63,047 nucleotides of DNA from Candidatus Methylomirabilota bacterium (lineage in GTDB: Bacteria; Chloroflexota; Limnocylindria; QHBO01), in the NCBI GenBank assembly GCA_035493355.1, contig DATJIJ010000110.1:1-63047 (forward strand). The letters are read 5' to 3'. Numbering within the stretch: the stretch's first letter is position 1; each line of letters starts with the position of its first letter. Positions 1 through 7,808 of the stretch are shown here, piece by piece. The notes below the pieces were generated by a model that saw only the letters and a list, made by a program, of their open reading frames with translations, was not told the origin of the DNA and did no database searches. The translations under genes and the position numbers were made by a program.

Positions 1-94
1 TGCTGGCCTTCACACCAGCGGCCTCGAGCCCGGCCGCGATCTCGTCGTAGCGGCGCTGCGTGGCAGCGGAGACTGGATGTCGTTCCTGGAGCAT
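1..94 (-). CDS. hypothetical protein, N-terminal fragment (ORF runs off the window start)
   Basis: ATG at 92-94 shares one nt with the TGA of the upstream SRPBCC gene (TGATG). The frame is open to position 1: MLQERHPVSAATQRRYDEIAAGLEAAGVKAS. No family is recognisable from 31 aa. Confidence 0.3.
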   Translation of the reverse strand, partial: MLQERHPVSAATQRRYDEIAAGLEAAGVKAS

Positions 95-522
95 CAGGAC
101 TCCAGGATCGTCTTGAGGGTCTCGAGGTTGCGGACCTCCGCATCCATGGTGCTCTGCACGGCGCGACCCATGACGAGGGCCTTCCAGCCGGTCAGTGTCG
201 CCTCCAGGGCGAGGCTGACCGTGGTCCCCGCCCCATCCGCCGTGAACCGATACTCCCCGGAGGGCCGCACCGGCCCCGCGATGGCACGGAACGCGATCCG
301 ACGATCCGGCTCGAACGCGGTGACTTCGTAGTCTGCGGCGATGCGGCGGCCACCCGGCCCCTTGACCCCTTGCCGGTAGACCGCGCCGAGTCCCTCGCCC
401 GATTGGCGCGCCACGTCCAGCACCCCGGGGCGCCAGCGCGTGGCGTTCTCGCCATCGGCGACGAAGGCGAAGACGTCCCCAACCGGGCGATTGACCGTCA
501 CCGAGTGCTGTGCGGAAGGCAT
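94..522 (-). CDS. SRPBCC (START/polyketide-cyclase-like) ligand-binding protein
   Basis: 142-aa ORF with ATG at 520-522. The N-terminus VTVNRPVGDVFAFVADGENATRW and the size fit the SRPBCC superfamily. Confidence 0.7.
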   Translation of the reverse strand: MPSAQHSVTVNRPVGDVFAFVADGENATRWRPGVLDVARQSGEGLGAVYRQGVKGPGGRRIAADYEVTAFEPDRRIAFRAIAGPVRPSGEYRFTADGAGTTVSLALEATLTGWKALVMGRAVQSTMDAEVRNLETLKTILES

Positions 523-579
523 GGCACCGATGAGGGTAGCGCGTCACGGCTACCTGCGAACCACCCCTACACTGCGCCG

Positions 580-1746
580 ATGGCATGGCTCACCGACACC
601 GACCGCCGGCTGATCGGCCTCACCTGGCTGGTCAAGCTGGGCGTGCTGCTGGTCGGAGCCATCGCCTACGTCACCTTCCGCAACGGTGTGATCGACCAGC
701 CCAGTGACCTGCTGCGGATGTGGAACCACTGGGACGCTCCGCACTACCTCGACCTGGTCGTGTTCGGGTACCGGGCCACCGACGCGGGGGACCTCTTCGG
801 GCCAAATGGCTATCGGTCCATCTACCCCGGCGACCTGCCGCTCTTAATCGTCTTCTTCCCCCTCTTCCCGTGGCTCGCCACCCTCGTGAACGTCGTGGTC
901 CGCGATCCGCTGGTGAGCGCGTTCGTGGTGAGCACGCTGGCCTCGCTCTTCGTCGCGCCCCTCCTCTACCGCCTCGTCGCGCACGACGAGGATGCCTCCG
1001 TCGCCATGCGATCGGCCTGGTTCCTGCTGATCTTCCCGACGGCCTACTTCCTGCACATCGGCTACACCGAGGCGCTCTTCATGGCGCTGGTGCTCGGCTC
1101 GTTCCTCGCCGCCCGCACCGAGCGGTGGTGGCTCGCCGGACTCCTCGGCGGGCTCGCGGCGCTCACCCGCGTCAATGGCCTGATCCTGATTCCCGCCCTG
1201 GCGGCGGAGGCGTTTACCCAGTGGCTGAGGCGGCCGCCCGAGGAGCGGCGGCTGCGCGTGGAATGGCTCGCGATCGGGTTGGTGGCGGTGGGCTTCGGCG
1301 GCTACCTCGCCCTGAACAAGGCGGTCTACGGTGCCCCGTTTGCGTTCCTCATCCCGCAGAAGGAGCACTGGTACAAGTCGCTGGCATGGCCCTGGGACGG
1401 GATCGACGGCGTCCTCGGCTGGCTCGACGCGCCGAAGCCCGACAACGTCCTGATGCAGGGCTGGATGGAGCTCCTCTTCATCGCCATCGGCTTCGTTGCG
1501 ACGATCCACGCGGCGCTCCGCTTCCGGCTCTCCTGGCTGACGTGGATGGCGGGCAACTGGCTCCTCTTCGTCTCGACCTCGTTCGTGATGTCCACGCCGC
1601 GCTACGTGCTCACGCTCTTTCCGATGTACGTGTCGCTGGCGCTCGCCTCGCGGTCTCGAGCGGCGCTGGTGGCGATCTCCGTGGTCAGCCTGGCGGCGAT
1701 GATCTATTTCACCGGGCGCTTCGCGACCGGCTGGTGGGCCTTCTAG
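580..1746 (+). CDS. polytopic membrane glycosyltransferase, GT-C fold (PIG-V / mannosyltransferase-like)
   Basis: ORF 370..1746 trimmed to ATG 580 (MAWLTDTDRR) because 370-579 overlaps the divergent gene. It has about 9-10 hydrophobic spans. The loop WNHWDAPHYLDLVVFGY resembles the WD..Y..IA..GY motif of PIG-V-type GT-C enzymes. Confidence 0.55.
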   Translation: MAWLTDTDRRLIGLTWLVKLGVLLVGAIAYVTFRNGVIDQPSDLLRMWNHWDAPHYLDLVVFGYRATDAGDLFGPNGYRSIYPGDLPLLIVFFPLFPWLATLVNVVVRDPLVSAFVVSTLASLFVAPLLYRLVAHDEDASVAMRSAWFLLIFPTAYFLHIGYTEALFMALVLGSFLAARTERWWLAGLLGGLAALTRVNGLILIPALAAEAFTQWLRRPPEERRLRVEWLAIGLVAVGFGGYLALNKAVYGAPFAFLIPQKEHWYKSLAWPWDGIDGVLGWLDAPKPDNVLMQGWMELLFIAIGFVATIHAALRFRLSWLTWMAGNWLLFVSTSFVMSTPRYVLTLFPMYVSLALASRSRAALVAISVVSLAAMIYFTGRFATGWWAF

Positions 1747-1787
1747 GCGCCGATGGAAGCCGGGCGGCGATTTGGTAGCCTGATCCC

Positions 1788-2573
1788 ATGCCGCAGGACC
1801 CCTCCGACGACGAGGGCTGGCGTCGATCGCTGACCGAGCCCGGGCTGGCGCCGCAGGCGAAGCTGTTCCGCCATCTCCCCTCCGACCCCCGCTGCCCGGT
1901 CTGCAGCGCACCCTACGGCCTCCCGTTCGGGCCGATCGTGCGGCTCTTCGGGTTCGGCCGTTCGAAGCGCTACCCGCAGCTGTGCAACCCATGTTTCGGG
2001 ATGATGGGGCGCTTCCGCGGCGGAGCGGAGATCCCGATCACCGTCCTCTTCGCTGACGTGCGGGGATCAACCGGTATGGCCGAGCGGTCGTCCGCGTCCG
2101 AGTTCTCGACGCTGCTGGCGCGCTTCTACGAGCTGGTCACGCAGGCAGTTCGCGACGAGGGCGGGATCATCGACAAGTTCCTGGGCGACGGCGTCATGGC
2201 GCTCTTCATCCCCTCGTTCACCGAGAAGCGGAATGCCGAGCACGGCCTGGCCGCAGCGCGACGCATCCTGCGCGAGGCGGAGCTGCCGATCGGGATCGGG
2301 CTCAACACGGGCCTCGCCTTCACCGGCTTCATGGGGCCGACCGATGAGGTGGCCGGCTTCTCCGCGGTGGGCGATGCGGTGAACGTCGCGCATCGACTGG
2401 GGGAGGCCGCCGGTCCCGGCGAGCTCCTGGTTGGCGGGGATGAACTGAGCTTCGACGAGCCTCCAGCGACCGAGCCGGGCGGAAGCTGGGAGCGGCGGGA
2501 GCTCCAGGTGAAAGGGCGGGATCAGGCGGTGCGTGCCTGGAGCCTGCGGCTCACGTCCCCCGTCGCGACCTGA
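1788..2573 (+). CDS. class III adenylate/guanylate cyclase with N-terminal zinc-ribbon-like segment
   Basis: Catalytic core ITVLFADVRGSTGMAE ... KFLGDGVMALF ... GLNTGLAFTGFMG ... VGDAVNVAHRL. N-terminal CPVC...CNPC pair. Confidence 0.8.
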   Translation: MPQDPSDDEGWRRSLTEPGLAPQAKLFRHLPSDPRCPVCSAPYGLPFGPIVRLFGFGRSKRYPQLCNPCFGMMGRFRGGAEIPITVLFADVRGSTGMAERSSASEFSTLLARFYELVTQAVRDEGGIIDKFLGDGVMALFIPSFTEKRNAEHGLAAARRILREAELPIGIGLNTGLAFTGFMGPTDEVAGFSAVGDAVNVAHRLGEAAGPGELLVGGDELSFDEPPATEPGGSWERRELQVKGRDQAVRAWSLRLTSPVAT

Positions 2574-2599
2574 TTTCGGGCAAAAAGAGAGTCCCGAAG
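2574..2599 (+). terminator. weak hairpin immediately after the cyclase stop codon
   Basis: TTCGGG (2575-2580) pairs with CCCGAA (2593-2598) around a 12-nt A-rich loop. There is no U-tract, so this is only a candidate. Confidence 0.2.
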
Positions 2600-2695
2600 G
2601 AACCGCGGCGACCGTTGATGTAATCTCCAGTCGGCCAGCTGCCCCTCCGGGACGCCGCTAGCATGCCAGTCGTCGGCGGAGGCACACAAGGGGAC

Positions 2696-2735
2696 TTATC
2701 CACCACTTCTCGGCGATCTTGCGGAGTTATCCACA
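2696..2735 (+). promoter_or_regulatory. pair of DnaA-box-like 9-mers
   Basis: TTATCCACC at 2696-2704 (8/9) and TTATCCACA at 2727-2735 (9/9 to the classical DnaA box). They have the same orientation and are 31 bp apart, in the lower-GC 194-bp convergent intergenic region. Confidence 0.4.
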
Positions 2736-2767
2736 CCCAATCCGCGAGCGCCGGCCAAACCGAGCGG

Positions 2768-4396
2768 TCAGCCCCCGATCGCGATCGCCTGCAGTCCTGG
2801 CAGCGCGTCGACCGCGTCGGTCCGCCGCAGCGGGATCCAGGCCGCCAGGTGTCCATCCGGACGGATGAGGAAGGCCGATGGCCCCGCCTTACCGTATACG
2901 CGGCGGATCTCCCCCTCCTCGTCGGAGAGGACGGTGACGCCCGCGAGCGGCTTGTCGGCGCCGATCGCCACGATCTGGCAGGGCGCCGGCCAGGCGAGCC
3001 GCGAGGCACGAATGGCGACGGCCGCCGCCTCGCGCGGCGAGTCGCTGACCAGCAGCGCCAAGAATCCCGTCCCGAACAGCTCCCGGAGCCGGGTGGCGCT
3101 CCCCCCGTTGAGGGCCACGCAGGGTGCGTCCGGGGCGACGCCGCCCATCGGCGGGATGCGGGTCTCGCGCGCCTCTGCCACGACGATCGGCGAGTCCTCG
3201 TAGCTGAACGGCTGTGCGAGGCGCCCCGAGTTGACGAGGCGACGGAGCTGGGGCATCCGCAGGCTGCCGCGCAGGATCGCGTTCCGCACGAGACGGCGGA
3301 TGCGATTGCGAGGGACCATGAACCGCATGCTCGCGTCGGTGACGGCCAGGTTCTCCAGGGCGGCCGCTCGCCGTTCGGCGTGGTAGGTATCGAGCAGCTC
3401 CACCGGCGCGCGACCGGCGATGACGGCGGCGAGCTTCCAGGCCAGGTTTTCAGCATCGGCCACCCCGGAGTTGAGGCCACGAGCGCCGAACGGGCTCACC
3501 AGGTGCGCGGCGTCGCCGGCCAGGAAGACGCGGCCGGCCCGGAATCGCTCGACCAGTCGCTGGTGGAACCGGTACAGCGTCACCCACAGCAGCTCGTACT
3601 CGGTGGTGGGACCGATGACGGCACGGATCCGCCGGTCGAGGTCGCCGCTCGTCCGCTCCGCCTCGACATCGGTCCCGGGCGGGACCTGCCAGTCGATGCG
3701 CCACGTGTCGTCCGGCTGAGGATGGATCAGGACTTGGCGCCCGGGATTCCAGGGCGGGTCGAAGTAGAAGCGCCGCTCGCGCGGGAAGGAGAGGCGCGCC
3801 CGGATGTCGCAGATGAGGAAGAGGTCGGCGAAGGAGTGTCCGGGGAAGCCCATCCCGGTGGCGTGCCGAACCGCGGAGTGGGCCCCGTCCGCGCCGACCA
3901 GGTACTCAACTCGGAGCGAGGCTTCGCCCCCCGGTGTCTCGCATCGAACGGTCACGCCGTCGGCGTCCTGGGCGAGGCCAATGAGCCGATGGCTCCAGCG
4001 CAGGTCGACCTCGGGCAGCCCGGCGAGGCGCGCGAGCAGCATCTCCTCGACCTCGGTCTGGTTGATGTTCACGAAGGGCGGGAAGTGATCGCGAGTCGAG
4101 CTGGGAAGCCGGACCTGGAAGAGCTCGCGGTTGCGGAAGAAGGTCCGACCCAGGTTCCACTGCACGCCGCGATTCGCGACCTCCTCGCCGATCCCCAGCC
4201 GCGACCAGATCTCGAGCGTCTCGCGCTGCATGCACAGCCCCTTGCTCCCCTCGCCGGTGTGCCGCGGGTGCTGCTCGAGCAGGACGACGCTCACGCCATG
4301 CTGGGCGAGACGGCCGGCCAGGGTCATGCCAACCGGGCCGGCGCCGACGACAGCGACCTGGGCGTCGAAGGGTGCGGCGTGGTCGCTGGGCGCCAT
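2768..4396 (-). CDS. FAD-dependent aromatic-ring monooxygenase (PheA/TfdB, MhpA-like)
   Basis: Dinucleotide fold VAVVGAGPVGMTLAGRL and the GD motif FLAGDAAHLVSPFGARGLNSGVADAENLAWKL. Start set at ATG 4394-4396 (TGATG junction with the upstream gene) rather than 4417. Confidence 0.8.
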   Translation of the reverse strand: MAPSDHAAPFDAQVAVVGAGPVGMTLAGRLAQHGVSVVLLEQHPRHTGEGSKGLCMQRETLEIWSRLGIGEEVANRGVQWNLGRTFFRNRELFQVRLPSSTRDHFPPFVNINQTEVEEMLLARLAGLPEVDLRWSHRLIGLAQDADGVTVRCETPGGEASLRVEYLVGADGAHSAVRHATGMGFPGHSFADLFLICDIRARLSFPRERRFYFDPPWNPGRQVLIHPQPDDTWRIDWQVPPGTDVEAERTSGDLDRRIRAVIGPTTEYELLWVTLYRFHQRLVERFRAGRVFLAGDAAHLVSPFGARGLNSGVADAENLAWKLAAVIAGRAPVELLDTYHAERRAAALENLAVTDASMRFMVPRNRIRRLVRNAILRGSLRMPQLRRLVNSGRLAQPFSYEDSPIVVAEARETRIPPMGGVAPDAPCVALNGGSATRLRELFGTGFLALLVSDSPREAAAVAIRASRLAWPAPCQIVAIGADKPLAGVTVLSDEEGEIRRVYGKAGPSAFLIRPDGHLAAWIPLRRTDAVDALPGLQAIAIGG

Positions 4397-5361
4397 CAGG
4401 CGGTCAGGGCGTCCCACACGGCACGGTCACGCTCCACCGTCCAGATCCGCGGGTGGTCGATGCCATCGAGCTCGTCCCAGGCGCGCTGGACGTTGAACGG
4501 CATGGTGTGCTCGAAGATCGGGAAGCTGCCGTAGCGCGGCTCGAGCGCCGCACGGGTGGACCGATATGCCTCGGCCGGCGTTCCGCCGGCGTCCTTCACG
4601 GCGCGGGTCCCGTCAAAGACGGCCGAGAGGAAGGCGCGCGTGTCGTCGATCGCCTGCCCGACGGCGCCATCCCGCACGACCGGACCGCGGCCGCCGACCA
4701 GCTGCGTCGCTCCGAGCGCCCGGACGGCGTCGAGGGTCCATCCGCGCCAGTCGGCGATGTGGCCGTCCCCCATGTACGGCGCCGCCTGCGCCTCGACCAG
4801 GTCGCCGCCGAAGCAGATCCGCTCGTCGGGCAGCCAGACCACGATGTCGCCGGCGGTGTGGCCCCGCCCGAGGTAGCGCAGCTCGACGATGCGGTTGCCG
4901 AGGTCGACCTGCATCGTCTCGTCAAAGGTCTCGGTGGGCCGGGTCAGGCCGGGGATCGTCTCTGCACCCTCGAAGAGGCGGGGCATGCGACCCGCCTCGC
5001 TCGCCCAGTCCTGCTCCCCGCGCTCCTCGATCCAGGTCGCGGTGTTGCGGTGGGCCACGATGCGGCGCGCGCCGAAGGCGGAGGCTCCGAGCACCCGGAC
5101 GGCGTGGTAGTGGGTCAGGACCAGGTCGCCGAACGGGAGATCGGTGAGGGTGCGGATGACGTCGATCCAGCGCCTGGCCATGACGGGGGTGGCACGCGCC
5201 TCGATGGCCAGCACCGCATCGGTCCCGACGATGCAGCCGACGTTCGGGTCGCCCTGCGCGGTGTAGGCGTAGACGCCCGGGGCGAGCTCCTCAAGGGTCG
5301 CGGTCTTCTCGGCCAGATCGGCCGAAGATGCGAAGGGTCTGCGGCTCACGCCGCGGATCAT
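4396..5361 (-). CDS. MBL-fold metallo-hydrolase family protein (degenerate metal motif)
   Basis: 321 aa. GRGHTAGDIVVWLPDERICFGGDLV and the overall layout fit the MBL fold. The HxHxDH motif reads HYHAVR. Confidence 0.6.
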   Translation of the reverse strand: MIRGVSRRPFASSADLAEKTATLEELAPGVYAYTAQGDPNVGCIVGTDAVLAIEARATPVMARRWIDVIRTLTDLPFGDLVLTHYHAVRVLGASAFGARRIVAHRNTATWIEERGEQDWASEAGRMPRLFEGAETIPGLTRPTETFDETMQVDLGNRIVELRYLGRGHTAGDIVVWLPDERICFGGDLVEAQAAPYMGDGHIADWRGWTLDAVRALGATQLVGGRGPVVRDGAVGQAIDDTRAFLSAVFDGTRAVKDAGGTPAEAYRSTRAALEPRYGSFPIFEHTMPFNVQRAWDELDGIDHPRIWTVERDRAVWDALTA

Positions 5362-5370
5362 AGGCCGAAG

Positions 5371-6972
5371 CTAGGGAAGCGCCGGCAGCTCGACCACGCT
5401 CGCCTCGATCATGCCCCGGACCGCGCGCAGCGCCGCGAGGACCTCCTCGTCGATTGGCTCGTCGACGCTCACGAACATCAGCGCCTGGCCTGCCGCCGAG
5501 AGGCGGGAGAGCTCGAGCGACGAGATGTTGACGCCGGCGTCGGCGAGGGCAGTGCCCACCGCGCCCACGATCCCTGGCTGGTCGTGGTGCCGGGTGACGA
5601 GGATGCTCCCAGCCAGCTCGGCGTCGATCACGAAGTCGCCAAGCCCGGCCAGCCGCGGACGCCCATGCGCGCTGGAGCCTGAGAGCGTCACGGCGCCCTC
5701 GCCCGACCCCAGCTCGAGGCGGACGAGCGAGGTCCACGGCGCGGCCACCTCGGTGCGTGACTCCTCCACGCTGATGCCGCGCTCCCGGGCCACGAGGTCG
5801 GCGTTCACGGCGTTGACGCGCTGGTCGGTGGCCCCCTCCAGCAGCCCCGAGAGCACGGCGCTGCGGATGGGACCGCCGTCCCAGGCGGCGATCTCGCCGG
5901 CGTAGACAAGCGAGAGGCTGGCAATCGGCGCGTTGGCGAGCTGCCGGCCCAGGATGGCCAGGCGGCGCCCGACCTCGACGTACGGCCGCAGCTGCGGCGA
6001 CACCTCGGCGGCGACCGACGGGGCATTGATGGCGTACGGCGGGGTCACGCCCGCGAGGGCCAGGAGCAGCTGCTCGGCCATTTCGATTCCCACCCGGTCC
6101 TGCGCCTCTGTGGTCGAGGCGCCGAGGTGCGGGGTGAGGATCGTATTGGGGGCGTCGCGGAGCGGATTGTCGGCCGCCATCGGCTCGGCGGTGAAGACGT
6201 CGACGGCGGCGCCGGCAAGGTGGCCGCTCCGGAGCGCCTCCGCAAGGGCAGCCTCGTCGACGAGCCCGCCCCGGGCGACGTTGAGGAGGACGGCGCCGGG
6301 CTTCATCGCCTCGATCTGGGCGCGGCCGATGAGCCCCCGCGTCTGCGCCGTCAGCGGCACGTGGACGCTGATCACGTCCGCGCGGTTGAGGAGCTCACCG
6401 AGGCCGACCAGCCTGGCCGAGTGCTCGGTCGCCTGCTCGGAGGTGAGAAGCGGGTCGTGCGCCATCACGCGCATCTCGAATGCGGCAGCCCGACGGGCCA
6501 CCGCCTTGCCGATCTTGCCCAGGCCGATGATCCCCAGCGTCCGGTGCCGCAGCTCCGCACCGAGGTACTTCCCCCGCTCCCACTCGCCGCGCCGGACCGA
6601 TGCGTCGGCGCTCGGTATCTGGCGAAGAAGGGCCAGCATCAGGGCCATGGTGTGCTCGGCGGCCGCGATCGTATTGCCGGTTGGGGCATTGACGACCATC
6701 ACCCCCGCACGCGTTGCCGCGCCGATGTCGACCCGGTCGGTCCCAACCGATGCAACGCCCACCACCGAGAGGCGGGGCGCCGCGGCGGCCAGGAGCTCGG
6801 CGTCAACCCGCGTCTGGGAGCGCACGACGAGGGCATCCCAGCCACCGCCTTCGGCGAGCGCGGCGAGCAGCTCGTCGCGCGGGAGGCCGAGCCTGACCGA
6901 GGTCTCGTGCGCAGCCATCAGGAGCTCGCGACCGGGCGCCGCGACCGGCTCGACCACGAGGATGCGGGACAT
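5371..6972 (-). CDS. serA: D-3-phosphoglycerate dehydrogenase, long form with ACT domain
   Basis: 533 aa. It has a 2-hydroxyacid dehydrogenase core (GIIGLGKIGKAVARR, catalytic R/E/H region NTILTPHLGAST) plus a C-terminal ASB/ACT extension. Confidence 0.9.
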   Translation of the reverse strand: MSRILVVEPVAAPGRELLMAAHETSVRLGLPRDELLAALAEGGGWDALVVRSQTRVDAELLAAAAPRLSVVGVASVGTDRVDIGAATRAGVMVVNAPTGNTIAAAEHTMALMLALLRQIPSADASVRRGEWERGKYLGAELRHRTLGIIGLGKIGKAVARRAAAFEMRVMAHDPLLTSEQATEHSARLVGLGELLNRADVISVHVPLTAQTRGLIGRAQIEAMKPGAVLLNVARGGLVDEAALAEALRSGHLAGAAVDVFTAEPMAADNPLRDAPNTILTPHLGASTTEAQDRVGIEMAEQLLLALAGVTPPYAINAPSVAAEVSPQLRPYVEVGRRLAILGRQLANAPIASLSLVYAGEIAAWDGGPIRSAVLSGLLEGATDQRVNAVNADLVARERGISVEESRTEVAAPWTSLVRLELGSGEGAVTLSGSSAHGRPRLAGLGDFVIDAELAGSILVTRHHDQPGIVGAVGTALADAGVNISSLELSRLSAAGQALMFVSVDEPIDEEVLAALRAVRGMIEASVVELPALP

Positions 6973-6981
6973 GCCCCGAGT

Positions 6982-7803
6982 CTAGTGACCCTCGTCGCGT
7001 TCGAGGGGGGTCACCCGCTCGTCATGCCACACGTCGTACGCCTCGCCGACGGCAGTCTCGAACTTGAGGCCCATCAGGACCACCCCCGCGAATCCGGCGC
7101 CGCGAGCCTCAACGGCAATCGCCTTGGCGGCGCGCCAGCCGAACGCGCGCTGTTCGGCCTCCGTCGTGGCTTCCAGCCGGGCACGAAGCGCGTCGCCGAC
7201 CGAGAGCGCACCAACCCGCTCGAGCCTCCGGACCCAGGCAGGGCTGAAGGGCGGCGAGAGCTCCAGGTAGACGGGCGGATCGCCTTCGCGCATCCCGAGC
7301 CGATCGGCACAGGCGCGCACCGACGCCGGATCCATGACCGGCCCGGTGGTCATGAACTGGGCGCCGACCTCGATCCGTCGACGGAAGACCCAGCTGCGCG
7401 AGCGCGTGCTCATCCCGACCTCGAACGGCGCCGCCTCCTGCTGGAGCGCCCGCAGGTGCTCGACGATCTCGTAGCTGTTGCTCCAGTGCTCGACCTCGGG
7501 AAGCATGTCGCCCTGCACGACCAGGAACGAATCGACCCCGTTGCCGATGGCCCCGCGCACCTCGCTCTCGATGGCGAGGATGTTCCGGTCGCGGGTCGAG
7601 CAGACGACGGTGGGTTTCACCCCGTCCACGTCGTGCGTGATCCGCGCGGCGAAGGCGTACGGCGAGACGCGAACCTGCTTGAACGGGTTATCGGTGATCA
7701 GGACCTGCCGCCAGCGACCATCGAGCGCGCGATGGGTCATCGACGGCAGCAGCGGAGGGTTGACCTCCACCATCTCGACCCACTCGCCCCGCTCCGAGAG
7801 CAT
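6982..7803 (-). CDS. methylenetetrahydrofolate reductase family protein
   Basis: ORF 6982..7917 trimmed to ATG 7801-7803 (MLSERGEW), 5 nt after the metE stop. VVCSTRDRNILAIESEVRGAIGNGVDSFLVVQGD resembles the MTHFR TC..R.. / LALRGD region. Context is metE-X-serA. Confidence 0.55.
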   Translation of the reverse strand: MLSERGEWVEMVEVNPPLLPSMTHRALDGRWRQVLITDNPFKQVRVSPYAFAARITHDVDGVKPTVVCSTRDRNILAIESEVRGAIGNGVDSFLVVQGDMLPEVEHWSNSYEIVEHLRALQQEAAPFEVGMSTRSRSWVFRRRIEVGAQFMTTGPVMDPASVRACADRLGMREGDPPVYLELSPPFSPAWVRRLERVGALSVGDALRARLEATTEAEQRAFGWRAAKAIAVEARGAGFAGVVLMGLKFETAVGEAYDVWHDERVTPLERDEGH

Positions 7804-7808
7804 GCCCG

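Noticed and set aside
2574-2767. Chromosomal replication origin (because of the DnaA boxes)
   Set aside because: There are only two boxes, no AT-rich unwinding element, and no dnaA/dnaN/gyrB neighbourhood. The region lies between two convergent 3' ends. I kept it as a possible secondary DnaA-binding site only.
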